The notes: generated by a model not told the origin, from the sequence alone. A DNA stretch of 64,000 nucleotides from Verrucomicrobiota bacterium (GCA_036803685.1 DAIRTX010000001.1:6766-70765); one strand, 5' to 3'; shown: positions 9,504-19,337, counted from the first letter of the stretch. Program-made: numbers and translations.

Positions 9504-11393
9504 TTACTGCAAAACCGCCCGATAAAAGCGCCAAGGATAGTTTGTAGCAAGCAGATCGGTGAACTGGATCATGCCGCTTGGACCCACCGTGTTGGTCAAT
9601 AATGGCAGCCAGCTCGACAAATTGGTGGAGGCATCAATCCGCCAGGTGGTATTTGACAGGGTGTGAAAAGAGAACTGAAAACTGTGGCTGCTGGTCAACA
9701 GATTGGAGACGATCAAAACCGGTGGAGACGGGGTCACTATGACCTTAAAGCTATTGGTGGCGGAAAGCGGCGGCACGCTGTTGTCCGTCACTTTGACGGA
9801 AACAAGGTTGGTGCCGGGCGGGACCGCAGTGTTGGTCCAAGCCAGCACTCCATTCGTGGTGATCCAGACATTGGTTGAAGGCGACGGCAGCTTGAAGGTG
9901 TAGATGGCATTGGTCAGAACAATGTTGGTGGCCGAATTGGTAACGGTGAACGTCCGCCCAACGTAAATCGTCTGGTTGGTGGGAACGGTCAAGGTCGGTG
10001 GGAGCGGAGGCAAGAAAACCAACTCAAAGCTGTTGGTGGATAAAAGGGGTGGGTTACTATTGTCCGTCACTTTGACAGGAATGGTTCTGGTGCCGGGTGA
10101 CACGGAATTATTTGTCCAAGTCAAGACGCCGTTTTTTATGCCGGTGTTCGTCCAAGTCAGCACGCCATCCGTTGTGATCCAGTAATTGGTTGAAGGCGAT
10201 GGCAAACTGAAGATGAACGTGGAATCGGGCAGGAAACTATTGTTGGCAGAAAAGGTTACGGCGAGCGTCTGCCCGGCATAAATCGTTTGCGTGTCCGGAA
10301 CGGTCACCACGGGCGCGGCCATCAGTGAAACATCATCCACATACCAGCCCTTGCCGGCGCTGCCGCCGTTGAGGGAAGTAAAATGAAAGGCCGCCTGCAC
10401 GGTCTGGCCGGCATAGGCACTCAAATCAAGGGAAACATTCGTCCCGTTGCTGCCGGTGTGGCCAAGGATATAATTTATCGAGATTTGCTGCCAACTGCTG
10501 CCGGCATCGGTGCTGATTTCAACGTAACCCAAAGCGTCCGAAACCGTCGGGAAATTATACCAGTGCCAGAAGCGCAAAGCCGGGCTGTTCGAAGGAACGG
10601 GAAAGGGCGGGCTGATCAGCCGGGAGTCAACATTGGGACCGTATTTGCCGCTCAAGACGGTCGCCGCACAATTGGTGCCCCCGTGCGCCTTGCTCGGCCC
10701 GGCGGTCGGCTTGCCGATTTCCCAGGTTCCCGAATCCACTGACCAATCACCAAGGCCCGATTCAAAACCTTCCGGGTTGTTGAAAACCGGCTCGTCGGTG
10801 ACCACCGCAACGTCGTCAACATACCAGCCCGGGGCAGTGCCGCCACCGCTGCCGGAGCTAAAATGAAAGGCGATTCGCACGCTCTGCCCGGCAAAGGGGC
10901 GGAGGTCAAGGGAAGGAGGCGACCAGACACCGCTGCTGCTCATATCAAGGTAATTTGGCGAAATTTGCTGCCAACTGCTGCCGGCATCGGTGCTGATTTC
11001 AACGTAACCCAGGGCGTTCACGAAATTAAACCAGTGCCAGAAACGCAGCCGGGGAAATTCATCCGCAGAGGGAACCACAAAAGAACTGGCGCCGTTGTAA
11101 TTGATGCAAACGAGCCGGGCGTCGGCGTTGTAGGGATAGTTCGACTTCAAGCCGGTGGTGGCGCAATTGGCGCCGGAATGCGTGCGGTAACCCGCGGAAT
11201 TGATTGCGGGTCCAATGGTCGGCGAGCCAATGCGCCAGATACTATTGGTAGTCCAGCGTCTGCCGGCATTGGTTTCAAAATTGTCCGACCAAAAAAAGTT
11301 AGTCTGCGCGCGGCTCATGTCCGCCGCCAGCAAAAGCGCCGCGCACAAACAAAAAAATATGTTTCCGGAACGGTTCATTTTTTTACACCACAT
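9504..11393 (-). CDS. Secreted multi-domain protein: signal peptide, 2x MAM/choice-of-anchor-J-like modules, 2x Ig-like repeats, C-terminal beta domain ending WRFYRAVLQ
   Basis: 629 aa with the signal peptide MNRSGNIFFCLCAALLLAADMSRA. Duplicated module (...RFWHW.NF...ALGYVEISTDAGSSWQQIS...GWYVDDV). Repeated VLTWTNT/VLAWTNT Ig-like units. Starts 15 nt downstream of the secretin gene. Confidence 0.85.
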   Translation of the reverse strand: MWCKKMNRSGNIFFCLCAALLLAADMSRAQTNFFWSDNFETNAGRRWTTNSIWRIGSPTIGPAINSAGYRTHSGANCATTGLKSNYPYNADARLVCINYNGASSFVVPSADEFPRLRFWHWFNFVNALGYVEISTDAGSSWQQISPNYLDMSSSGVWSPPSLDLRPFAGQSVRIAFHFSSGSGGGTAPGWYVDDVAVVTDEPVFNNPEGFESGLGDWSVDSGTWEIGKPTAGPSKAHGGTNCAATVLSGKYGPNVDSRLISPPFPVPSNSPALRFWHWYNFPTVSDALGYVEISTDAGSSWQQISINYILGHTGSNGTNVSLDLSAYAGQTVQAAFHFTSLNGGSAGKGWYVDDVSLMAAPVVTVPDTQTIYAGQTLAVTFSANNSFLPDSTFIFSLPSPSTNYWITTDGVLTWTNTGIKNGVLTWTNNSVSPGTRTIPVKVTDNSNPPLLSTNSFELVFLPPLPPTLTVPTNQTIYVGRTFTVTNSATNIVLTNAIYTFKLPSPSTNVWITTNGVLAWTNTAVPPGTNLVSVKVTDNSVPPLSATNSFKVIVTPSPPVLIVSNLLTSSHSFQFSFHTLSNTTWRIDASTNLSSWLPLLTNTVGPSGMIQFTDLLATNYPWRFYRAVLQ

Positions 11394-11407
11394 GACTTGT
11401 CAGATCA

Positions 11408-13678
11408 TTACGGATTCGGAAATGTGACGCCGTTGGTATCAACTGGCGCGTTGGGCGACACGGGATTGAAACTGCCGCCTTTGTGACCCTGGGCTTTTAC
11501 GCGTCTTAGTTCCGCCCGGCGTTCGGCTTCAACTTGTTTGCGTTGGTCGGCGTCGTCTTCTGCTGAGGCATGGGCGATGCCGGGCAGGCGCTGCTGTTCC
11601 TTGACGGCCTGGGCGGCGGCGAGTTCGGGGGTCTTCAAAACTGTCGGGCGTATCAGCACAATAGTTTCATCGCGATCTTTCTTGTCATCGCGTTGAGAGA
11701 ACAGGTTGCCGAGCAGCGGAATGTTTTGCAACCACGGAACTCCACTCTTGGTAGTGCTCTTATTCGAACGGACAAATCCGCCGAGGATGATGGTGTCGCG
11801 ATCTCTGACGGCAATTTCAGAGGAAAGCGTGCGTTTGGTGGTGTTGGGCACTGGATTGCCATCAATGGTTGTGTAAGAGGAGATGTCATCAATTTCCTGC
11901 TGGATGTCCATCACCACCAGACCATCCGGATTGATGAAGGGTGTGACATCCAGCTCCACACCGACCGACAACTGCGAGTATTGCGAGCTGTTGCCGCCGC
12001 CGTAACCCCCCCCGTAATAGCTGCCAGTGACATAGGGCACGGTCTGGCCGACAAAGAACGAAGCCGCCTTCGCCTGCGAAGTCTGGATGCGCGGACGTTG
12101 GATGACCGTGGCGCTGTTATCGCCGGCGATGGCTTTGATCGCTACGTCCCACGTCGGTCCGATGCTGCCGAAATAACTAAAGCCACCCGGCAATGAATTG
12201 GCGAAAGATGAGCCGGAATTGGTTCCCCCCAGCGATCCGGTCAACGTGGAAGTAATGCTGGACAAGTTCGTGTTGATGGAGCTGGGGTTGCCGGTGACTT
12301 GTTGCAGGAACGTGGCGAAGGGCTGGCCGTTGTTCATGCCGCCGGCTCCATAGATGGGAACACTGGGGCTGAGAGTTTTGGGATTTTGCGCCGCAGAAAC
12401 TCCCAAGGAAAATGTATGACCAAGAGACACTTCCACAATGATGGATTCGATGAGCACCTGCGCCAGCAGCACGTCCAATTTCGCCACAACCTCCTTGATC
12501 CGCACCATGTCCGCCGCAGTGGCAAAAACGAGCAGTGAATTGCTCCGCACATCAGCAATGATTTTCGTCTGGCCAAAAACCTGGATCTGTTCCGGCTGTC
12601 CTCCCGTCGAGGCGCGTTGAATGATGGACTGCAACCTTTGCTGAAAAGTCGTGCCGCCCGTCGGTGTGCCGCCGGGCGTCGCTTGTGAGCCAAATTGCCG
12701 TTGCTGACCTCCCGGGGTGTTGCCCCCCTGATACGAGCTGCCCCCGCCAACCCCGCCCATGCCGCCCATACCGCCGGGGCGTGAAATGCCGCTGACCGAT
12801 GGCGTGGCCGCCGAACTGCCGAAGCTGACCGTGCTTCCCCCGCTGCCACCGAGACTGTTCAGCGCGTTGGCAATGTCTTCGGCCATCGCGTATTTGATTG
12901 GAATGACTTCAGAGATGTATTCCGCCGGCACCGACACGTCTATCTGATCAATCATTTCCAGCATCCGCTTGACGTTTTCGGCGTTGTCGCGGAGCACGAG
13001 GATTCCATTGTCGTCAATCGGGAAAATGGCATTGGCCAATTTCGCAAACGGCAGGATGAGCGGCATCATGACGCTGGGCTTGACGTATTTCAACTGGACG
13101 ATGTGCGTCACATAGGAACCCATCTCCGGCAGCAGGCTCGCATCCCCGCGATCAATCTTCGCGCCGGCCGAATTCGCCTGGTCAATCGGCAGCACTTTTA
13201 CAAATTTGTCGCCCACATTCACCAGGGCGATGCCGTTGAGGGCGAGCACCGCCTGCAACGCCTGAATCGCCTCGGTTTTGGTCAATGGCGTTTCCGTGCG
13301 CAAAATAATCTGCGCCGCCGGCAGCCCGGCGCGCAACATCGTGCGCCCAACCAGTTGCGCATAAACATCGAGCACCTGGCTCACGTCCACCCCCTGAAAA
13401 TTGATGTTGCCGGCGGGAATCATTTCTTCCGGCGGCGCATTATTGGTCGAAGCGGTTTTCGGCGTCACCGTCACCAGAGAAGGCAATGACTTGGGCGCCG
13501 GCGCAAGGGACGGTGGCGGGATTAAACCCGGCATTTGTGGCGGCACGGCTGGCATAACGGGAGCGTTATTGGTCACGATGTTGGCGCGCTGCGGCAGACG
13601 GCGCGGGCTGGGCGACGGTTGCGCCCACAATTCAAGGGCGGTTAAGAACAAAATCAGGATAAGCGTGGTTGTTTTCAT
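11408..13678 (-). CDS. gspD: GspD/PilQ-family secretin
   Basis: 756 aa. Signal peptide; N0-like motif NFQGVDVSQVLDVYAQLVGR; secretin core (VIQRPRIQTSQAKAASFFVG, GVPWLQNIPLLGNLFS, VLIRPTVL). Carries a long Gly/Ser/Thr-rich insert. Confidence 0.93.
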   Translation of the reverse strand: MKTTTLILILFLTALELWAQPSPSPRRLPQRANIVTNNAPVMPAVPPQMPGLIPPPSLAPAPKSLPSLVTVTPKTASTNNAPPEEMIPAGNINFQGVDVSQVLDVYAQLVGRTMLRAGLPAAQIILRTETPLTKTEAIQALQAVLALNGIALVNVGDKFVKVLPIDQANSAGAKIDRGDASLLPEMGSYVTHIVQLKYVKPSVMMPLILPFAKLANAIFPIDDNGILVLRDNAENVKRMLEMIDQIDVSVPAEYISEVIPIKYAMAEDIANALNSLGGSGGSTVSFGSSAATPSVSGISRPGGMGGMGGVGGGSSYQGGNTPGGQQRQFGSQATPGGTPTGGTTFQQRLQSIIQRASTGGQPEQIQVFGQTKIIADVRSNSLLVFATAADMVRIKEVVAKLDVLLAQVLIESIIVEVSLGHTFSLGVSAAQNPKTLSPSVPIYGAGGMNNGQPFATFLQQVTGNPSSINTNLSSITSTLTGSLGGTNSGSSFANSLPGGFSYFGSIGPTWDVAIKAIAGDNSATVIQRPRIQTSQAKAASFFVGQTVPYVTGSYYGGGYGGGNSSQYSQLSVGVELDVTPFINPDGLVVMDIQQEIDDISSYTTIDGNPVPNTTKRTLSSEIAVRDRDTIILGGFVRSNKSTTKSGVPWLQNIPLLGNLFSQRDDKKDRDETIVLIRPTVLKTPELAAAQAVKEQQRLPGIAHASAEDDADQRKQVEAERRAELRRVKAQGHKGGSFNPVSPNAPVDTNGVTFPNP

Positions 13679-14274
13679 TTTGCGATTTTGGTTGCAGGCT
13701 TGGAATTGGTTGGAGCGGCAGCGCGCGCTGGCGCGGCTGGATTTTTTTGATAGCTGGCGACGAGCCGGATGTTCGCGTTGAGGTGCAGGCGCGGGGTGTC
13801 CGGCTGGAGTTCCAGATCACGCACGCGGATCATTGAGGCGCCAGAGCCGAGCTTGTAAAGGAAATCCACGAGCTGCTGGTCGGTGGCGACCACATTGATG
13901 TTCTGCACTTGTTCGATAAAAAACGCGTCGTTCGTATGCATTATCGAGCGCGAGTAATTGGCTCTGCCAACTCCGCTGGCTTCGGCTTGCGCCTGAATCG
14001 TGCGCATGAAATTGATGGCCTGGTCTTCGGGCGCGACAAATTCACCCTGGCCTTCCAAGCTTTTCACCTGCGCCTGGTAATTGGTCGCTTGGGCGATGGT
14101 CGCCTGGTAGCTCGCCCATGTGTCATGGGCATTTTTCAGCCGGGTTTTTAATTTGCTCCAGTCGGAAAAGTGCGGCCAGATGAACACGAAATTCAGCACC
14201 AGGATCAAAACCACCACCACCCCGACGGCCAGGCGGCGCTCCAGCGGACGCAGACGTGCGAAGTATTTTTTCAT
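13675..14274 (-). CDS. PilO/GspM-like inner-membrane assembly protein
   Basis: 199 aa with an N-terminal TM helix (VGVVVVLILVLNFVFIW), a coiled-coil, then a small periplasmic domain. 4-nt overlaps with both neighbouring genes. Confidence 0.65.
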   Translation of the reverse strand: MKKYFARLRPLERRLAVGVVVVLILVLNFVFIWPHFSDWSKLKTRLKNAHDTWASYQATIAQATNYQAQVKSLEGQGEFVAPEDQAINFMRTIQAQAEASGVGRANYSRSIMHTNDAFFIEQVQNINVVATDQQLVDFLYKLGSGASMIRVRDLELQPDTPRLHLNANIRLVASYQKNPAAPARAAAPTNSKPATKIAK

Positions 14275-15722
14275 GGCGTCCCCTTCGCGTTTTGCAGTTG
14301 CAAACTGAAACTCCAGGTCACGGTGTTTCCAGTCTGGCGGGGATTGACCGGTTCGCCGCCCTGGGAATTGAACATGGGGCGTCCGTTGGCCGTGACTTTT
14401 TGCAAGGCGGTGTTGAAATCAAAAAGCGTGTTGATTTGATCGGGTGCCGCCGTGCCGCCCAAGGAAAGTTTCTTGCCGTCCGCAAAGCTGAATCGCTGCA
14501 AGGTAATGTTGGATGGCAATTGTTCCGCGACAATTTTCCAGCAATCCAGCGCCGCGTATTTCAACTCCTGCCGCTCCTTGAGCACGTCGTATTGCGCCTT
14601 GAGTTGCAACGCATTCGTGTAACTGCCGCTCTGGTCCGCGACCGCCTGCTCGACCTTGTGCGTTTGAATGGAGAGAAAAACGACCGCGCAAAAATAGATT
14701 GCCACGCCGATGGCATACAACACCCCGGTCGTCACCAGGCCGCGCAGCCAAAGATGGTCAACAAATTGTTGATGGTAACGCGCGGGAAATTCCACCGGCA
14801 GCAACGTCGCGCGCGAACCTGACGACGCCGCGCGCCGCGCCGTGTGTGCGGCCAGTTCCGCCGGCGGCAACGGCGGGGTGACCTGTACCGGTTCGCTCAA
14901 ACCTTCGCGCAACGCGTTTTCCCATTCCGCGGCGTTGACGGGATCCGCGATCAGGTGCCAGTTGCCCGGCGGCACGGTCAGCCAGCCCTCCAGCTCGCCG
15001 GCCCAGGCCAGTTGCGCGAGCTGGGCCTTCAAATTATTCGCGCGGTCGCCGGTGGGCGGCAACACGACATAACTCAAACTTCGCAACGCGCCGCCGCACC
15101 ACCACGCCACGAGCACGGCATTCTGTCCGGCAAGCACCAGCGGATACATCCAGGCGCCGTCTTCCGTCGCGGGCGTGGCTTCCAACTGGTCCAGCATCGG
15201 CACTTCCAGCCGGTCGGCGAGATAACCCCGGCCTTCGAGCTTGCCGAGAAATTCCTCAACCACGCTGCGCTCGGCGATGACCACGACCACGGTTTGCAAA
15301 TCCTCCGCCTTCGTTTCAGCGGAAGTCGCGGCCTCCGCCTTCGCCTCCGTCTCTGCTTCGTTTTGACGCGGCGAGTCGCCGTGGCACGACAAGACATGAA
15401 TTGTCCAGACGATTTGCGTCACCGGCATCGGGGAGAGTTTCTCCAATTGCAACTCCACCATCGCGAATGTTTCCTCGAAACTACTTTTGGGCAATTCGAT
15501 GACGCGCAGAAAGACATTTTCCGGCGGCAGCCACGCGACGTTCAACCGCGGCTGCCACAATGAACTCCATGATTTTGCGATCAATCTGGACGGCAACGGC
15601 TCGTCAAGCGCGGCGCGATGCTCGCGATTCAGGGCAAAACCGCCGCCCTTGGCGTCGAATTGCCAGAGGCAATTCGCGTCGGACGCGATTTGCAGGATGT
15701 TGCAGGAATGCCAGCGAGCCAT
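14271..15722 (-). CDS. GspL-like protein (PilM-like cytoplasmic domain fused to TM + PilN-like periplasmic domain)
   Basis: 483 aa. The N-terminal ~330 aa carry PilM-like segments (VFLRVIELPKSSFEETFAMVELQLEKLSPMP; VVVIAERSVVEEFLGKLEGRGYLADRLEV). The TM helix is LVTTGVLYAIGVAIYFCAVVFLSI. A coiled-coil plus ferredoxin-like tail resembles PilN/GspL. Confidence 0.6.
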   Translation of the reverse strand: MARWHSCNILQIASDANCLWQFDAKGGGFALNREHRAALDEPLPSRLIAKSWSSLWQPRLNVAWLPPENVFLRVIELPKSSFEETFAMVELQLEKLSPMPVTQIVWTIHVLSCHGDSPRQNEAETEAKAEAATSAETKAEDLQTVVVVIAERSVVEEFLGKLEGRGYLADRLEVPMLDQLEATPATEDGAWMYPLVLAGQNAVLVAWWCGGALRSLSYVVLPPTGDRANNLKAQLAQLAWAGELEGWLTVPPGNWHLIADPVNAAEWENALREGLSEPVQVTPPLPPAELAAHTARRAASSGSRATLLPVEFPARYHQQFVDHLWLRGLVTTGVLYAIGVAIYFCAVVFLSIQTHKVEQAVADQSGSYTNALQLKAQYDVLKERQELKYAALDCWKIVAEQLPSNITLQRFSFADGKKLSLGGTAAPDQINTLFDFNTALQKVTANGRPMFNSQGGEPVNPRQTGNTVTWSFSLQLQNAKGTP

Positions 15723-15767
15723 ATCAGGAAATTTTTGGGAGTGCCGGGGTCAATGTCACGTCTCGAC

Positions 15768-17507
15768 CTACATTTCGGTTTTGGTGTCGCCGCCGAGCGT
15801 GTCCATGTGCTCCTCGATTTGTGTGACGCGCAAAACTTCCTCGATGGTCGTCTCGCCGTTTTTGACCTTGGTCCAGCCGTCGGTGCGCAATGTGCGCATC
15901 CCCTGTTCTATGGCCTTCGCCGCAATGGTCGAAGCGGGTGCGCGACTCAAAAGCAGCGGACGCATGGCCTCGTTGACGATGAGCAGCTCGTAAATGCCTT
16001 TGCGTCCTTGATAGCCAAATTGCCGGCACTCTTCGCAACCGGTGCCGCGCCAGAATTTCGCCGTGCTGATTTCCTCTTCCGGAAAACCGATGCGCCGAAG
16101 GTAATCGGGCTCGACCTTTTGCTCGGTTTTGCAATGCGGACAAATCGTGCGAATGAGGCGCTGAGCCATGACGGCCTCGACCGACGACGCCACGAGAAAC
16201 GGCTCAATGCCCATGTCAATCAACCGCGTGAACGCGCTCGGCGCGTCGTTCGTGTGCAGCGTGCTGAAGACCAGGTGACCGGTCAACGACGCGCGGATGG
16301 CGATCTCGGCGGTTTCGAGGTCGCGAATTTCGCCGACCATGATGACATTCGGGTCCTGGCGCAAAATGTGGCGCAAACCCATCGCAAACGTCAGGCCGAT
16401 GTCCGGTCGCACCGAGATTTGGTTGATGCCTTTGAGTTCGTATTCGACCGGCTCCTCAATCGTGATGATGCGTTTATGCACGGAATTGATCGTGCTGAGA
16501 AAAGCGTAGAGCGACGTGGACTTGCCCGAGCCGGTCGGCCCGGTGACGAGGAAAATGCCGTGCGGTTTGATGATGATTTCGCGGATCATCGCCTCGTCGT
16601 TCGACGCGAAACCCAGTTTGTCGAGACTCAGGAATATTTTCCCGCGCGTCAGCAAACGCAGTGAAACGCTTTCACCGTAAACCGTCGGCACAGTTGAAAC
16701 GCGGATGTCAATCTCCTCGCCCTTGATGCGGACGTTGATGCGGCCGTCCTGCGGCAGGCGTTTCTCGGAAATGTTCATGCCGCTCATCACTTTGATGCGC
16801 GAAATGAGCGCGGCCTGATAGCGTTTCAACTGCGGCGGCATCGGCGTCTGATGCAAAATGCCGTCAATGCGGTAGCGAATGCGCAGTTCGTCCTCCGCCG
16901 GTTCAAAGTGAATGTCCGTCGCGCGGTCCTTGAACGCCTCCCAGATGACCTGGTTGACGAATTTGATGACGCTGGCCTCCTGATCGTCCTCGGTGATTTC
17001 CTTGTCGTTGGCGATTTCCAATTCCATCGGCTCGTCATCGCCCATTTCATCGAGCGTTTCGGCGCCGACGCCGTAGTATTTCTTCAGCGCCTTTTCAATC
17101 TCAGCTTTCGGCGCGAGCGCGAATTGCACCGGCATCCGCGCGTCGAACCGCACAGCATTCATCATCGCGGCATCGAATGGATCGCTTACGGCCACTTGCA
17201 ATGCGCCATCGTTCACGTCCGTGGGCAGGATGGAATATTGAAACGCGATCTTCGTGGAAATTTTGTTCCGCGCCTCCGGCGGAGTTGTGTGCTTGGGCAA
17301 ATCCAAAAACGGCCAGCCGAGCGTTTGCGCCAGCTTTTGGAGAAAAGCGTCCTCGGCCACGCCGCGCTCGCGGGCGATAAACCCCAGCAGCGGCTCCGCC
17401 GAGCCGTTGTTCGCTGCGGCGCGCCACGCCTTGCGCCAGTCGTCAAACTGGACGGGCGTCGCGTCGGCGACCGATGCGACCAGATTTTTTACCGAGCTAA
17501 AACCCAT
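15768..17507 (-). CDS. gspE: Type II secretion / type IV pilus assembly ATPase (GspE/PilB family)
   Basis: Walker A GPTGSGKST, Asp box, Walker B IMVGEIRD, His box GHLVFSTLHTNDA, tetracysteine CPHC...CEEC. Confidence 0.95.
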   Translation of the reverse strand: MGFSSVKNLVASVADATPVQFDDWRKAWRAAANNGSAEPLLGFIARERGVAEDAFLQKLAQTLGWPFLDLPKHTTPPEARNKISTKIAFQYSILPTDVNDGALQVAVSDPFDAAMMNAVRFDARMPVQFALAPKAEIEKALKKYYGVGAETLDEMGDDEPMELEIANDKEITEDDQEASVIKFVNQVIWEAFKDRATDIHFEPAEDELRIRYRIDGILHQTPMPPQLKRYQAALISRIKVMSGMNISEKRLPQDGRINVRIKGEEIDIRVSTVPTVYGESVSLRLLTRGKIFLSLDKLGFASNDEAMIREIIIKPHGIFLVTGPTGSGKSTSLYAFLSTINSVHKRIITIEEPVEYELKGINQISVRPDIGLTFAMGLRHILRQDPNVIMVGEIRDLETAEIAIRASLTGHLVFSTLHTNDAPSAFTRLIDMGIEPFLVASSVEAVMAQRLIRTICPHCKTEQKVEPDYLRRIGFPEEEISTAKFWRGTGCEECRQFGYQGRKGIYELLIVNEAMRPLLLSRAPASTIAAKAIEQGMRTLRTDGWTKVKNGETTIEEVLRVTQIEEHMDTLGGDTKTEM

Positions 17508-17647
17508 TTGTTGCCTTTAGTTTGGTTACCTTCAGTTTAACAGCGAAAAACCGGGAAAGTTGCGGTTTTACGCAAAAAATTCAAGCAAACAATACGCCAT
17601 CTTCATTCGTGCAATTGGGGCGAAAATCCGCTATTTCCTGCTCCAAT

Positions 17648-18493
17648 ATGAAACAATTTGCCACCGTCACCGTCATCGGACGGGACAAGACCGGCGTCAT
17701 TGCGCGCGTCACCGCCCTTCTCTTCGAGCAACACGCCAACATTGAGGCGCTGGAGGAACAAGTCACCCGCGGCCAGTTCAGCATGACCCTCCAGGCCTCG
17801 TGGCGTCCGGCGGATTGCAACGCCGCGAGCCTTCGCGCCGGACTGGACACCCTCGCCCGCCGGCTCGGCATGGAAATCAAGGTGCGCTTCACCGAACCCA
17901 ACCGCCGCCAGCGCTTCGCCATCATGGTGACGAAGGAAACGCATTGCTTCGACGCGCTCCTGGCCGCGCACCGCCGCCGCCAATTCAAAGCCGATCCCAT
18001 GCTCGTGATTTCCAACCGGCCCGACCTCGCGCCGCTCGCGCGAAAAAACAAATTGCCGTTTGCGCACATTCCGTGGAACGACCGCGCGCAGGCCGAGAGC
18101 CAGGCGTTGCGACTGCTCGAAGAATACCAGATTGATTTCATCGTGCTCGCGCGCTTCATGAAAATTCTCTCGCCGAACTTTGTGTGGCGTTACAAAAACA
18201 AGATCATCAACATTCATCCGTCGTTGCTGCCGAGTTTTCCCGGCCCGCAGGCGTATCGTCAGGCGTATGAAAACGGCGTGAAGATTGCCGGCGTCACCGC
18301 GCACTTCGTTTCGATGCGGCTGGACGAAGGACCGATCATCGCGCAAGGCTCATTTCAAATTCGACCCGGCATGGCGCTCAAGGAACTCGTCGCGCGCGGC
18401 CAGCAACTCGAAGCCGGCGTGCTCGTCAAAGCCGTGAAACTTTTCCTCGGCAAACGCCTCGACGTTTATTGGGGCGTGGTGAAGGAGGTTTGA
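17648..18493 (+). CDS. purU: Formyltetrahydrofolate deformylase
   Basis: ACT domain (TVIGRDKTGVIARVTALLFEQHANIEAL) plus formyltransferase motifs (NIHPSLLPSFPG, HFVSMRLDEGPIIAQ). I prefer the start at ATG 17648; the 42-codon upstream extension of the listed ORF shows no homology. Confidence 0.9.
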   Translation: MKQFATVTVIGRDKTGVIARVTALLFEQHANIEALEEQVTRGQFSMTLQASWRPADCNAASLRAGLDTLARRLGMEIKVRFTEPNRRQRFAIMVTKETHCFDALLAAHRRRQFKADPMLVISNRPDLAPLARKNKLPFAHIPWNDRAQAESQALRLLEEYQIDFIVLARFMKILSPNFVWRYKNKIINIHPSLLPSFPGPQAYRQAYENGVKIAGVTAHFVSMRLDEGPIIAQGSFQIRPGMALKELVARGQQLEAGVLVKAVKLFLGKRLDVYWGVVKEV

Positions 18494-18681
18494 TTCAAAC
18501 CTGCCCGATCTCCGCGGAACCGGGCCGGAATCAACACGCGCATTTCTCCCCACTCCACCGGTGTTGTCTTCATTTTTGACAATGCTGCGGCGCGGGCGGA
18601 TTTTTTTAAAAAAACTTTCCCACATGGTTGAACTGATTTCGCGTGGTTGTGTCAGAAAGGGGAAAGGAGAAATAAAATCGT

Positions 18682-19248
18682 ATGCGTGCCATTGCTACAG
18701 AGGAGAAAAGTTTGTTTGAAATGACGCTGAAAGCAGCGGTCATTTACGATGACTTCGATTTTGCCGCGCGAGCCGCCGCGCTGTTGGAGCGCGCGGCGAT
18801 TCGCGCGGACGAAGCCATGAAGTGGGATGTCAAGCCGTGGAGGCTCGACGTGCTGAAATCATCATTCCTGGCCAGCGCCGCCCTCGGCGAAACCGCCGAC
18901 GCGGACTTGATTGTGGTTGCCCTGTGCCAGACCCATTCGCCGCCGGATGAATTGAGGAGTTGGCTGGAGCGTTGGGCGATGAAACGGCAAACCGTGGACG
19001 CCGCCGTGATGGTGCTATGCCCGGAGGAAAACGCCGCGTCAACGCCGCTTTGGCGCGAACTGAAAGAATTCGCGGAAAGGCACGATCTACCTTTTCTGGG
19101 CAGCCGCATTTTGCGGGATGAGGGGGATTCGATGGATTTTGTCCATGGGTTGTGGCAGCAGAAACAGCCGCCTCAACCGGTTGTGCCAACGCTTGAATTG
19201 TTTGCAGAGTCGTCGCGCCCGCCACGTCATTGGGGCATCAACGAATAA
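18682..19248 (+). CDS. Hypothetical protein (alternating beta/alpha pattern, no family recognised)
   Basis: 188-aa ORF preceded by a strong RBS (aaaggagaaataaaatcgtATG). The composition looks coding, but I recognise no motif. Confidence 0.5.
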   Translation: MRAIATEEKSLFEMTLKAAVIYDDFDFAARAAALLERAAIRADEAMKWDVKPWRLDVLKSSFLASAALGETADADLIVVALCQTHSPPDELRSWLERWAMKRQTVDAAVMVLCPEENAASTPLWRELKEFAERHDLPFLGSRILRDEGDSMDFVHGLWQQKQPPQPVVPTLELFAESSRPPRHWGINE

Positions 19249-19337
19249 AATTTGTTTGACGTTTGCGTTGTCGCGGCTTCGGACTAAGATTGCATGAGGG
19301 CTTGGAGTTTTGCGGCCCTTGGAAAGGAAAAAAAGTT

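Noticed and set aside
12006-12013. C8 homopolymer (G8 on the coding strand) inside the secretin gene as a second phase-variation site.
   Set aside because: It encodes part of a Gly-rich low-complexity stretch (YYGGGYGGGN), where GGG codons are expected. The tract lies in the middle of the gene (roughly two-thirds of the way into the coding sequence), not near its 5' end, and is not at a typical contingency locus. This is weaker than the methyltransferase G8, though slippage cannot be excluded.
17522-17647. N-terminal extensions of listed ORFs: purU from 17522, CBM48 from 19263, GT9 from 36548, transaldolase to 38426, SDR to 43870, UGDH-like to 45057, rfbF to 58700 and rfbG-like to 57816.
   Set aside because: The extensions carry no homology. 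In the GT9 case the extension starts inside a repeat element. Internal ATG/GTG starts give canonical N-termini and classic ATGA/GTGA coupling with the upstream stop codons.
18682-19248. 188-aa hypothetical protein as a possible TIR-like or flavodoxin-like signalling domain.
   Set aside because: The only basis is an alternating beta/alpha hydrophobicity pattern. I identified no catalytic or family-specific motif, so the call would be speculation.
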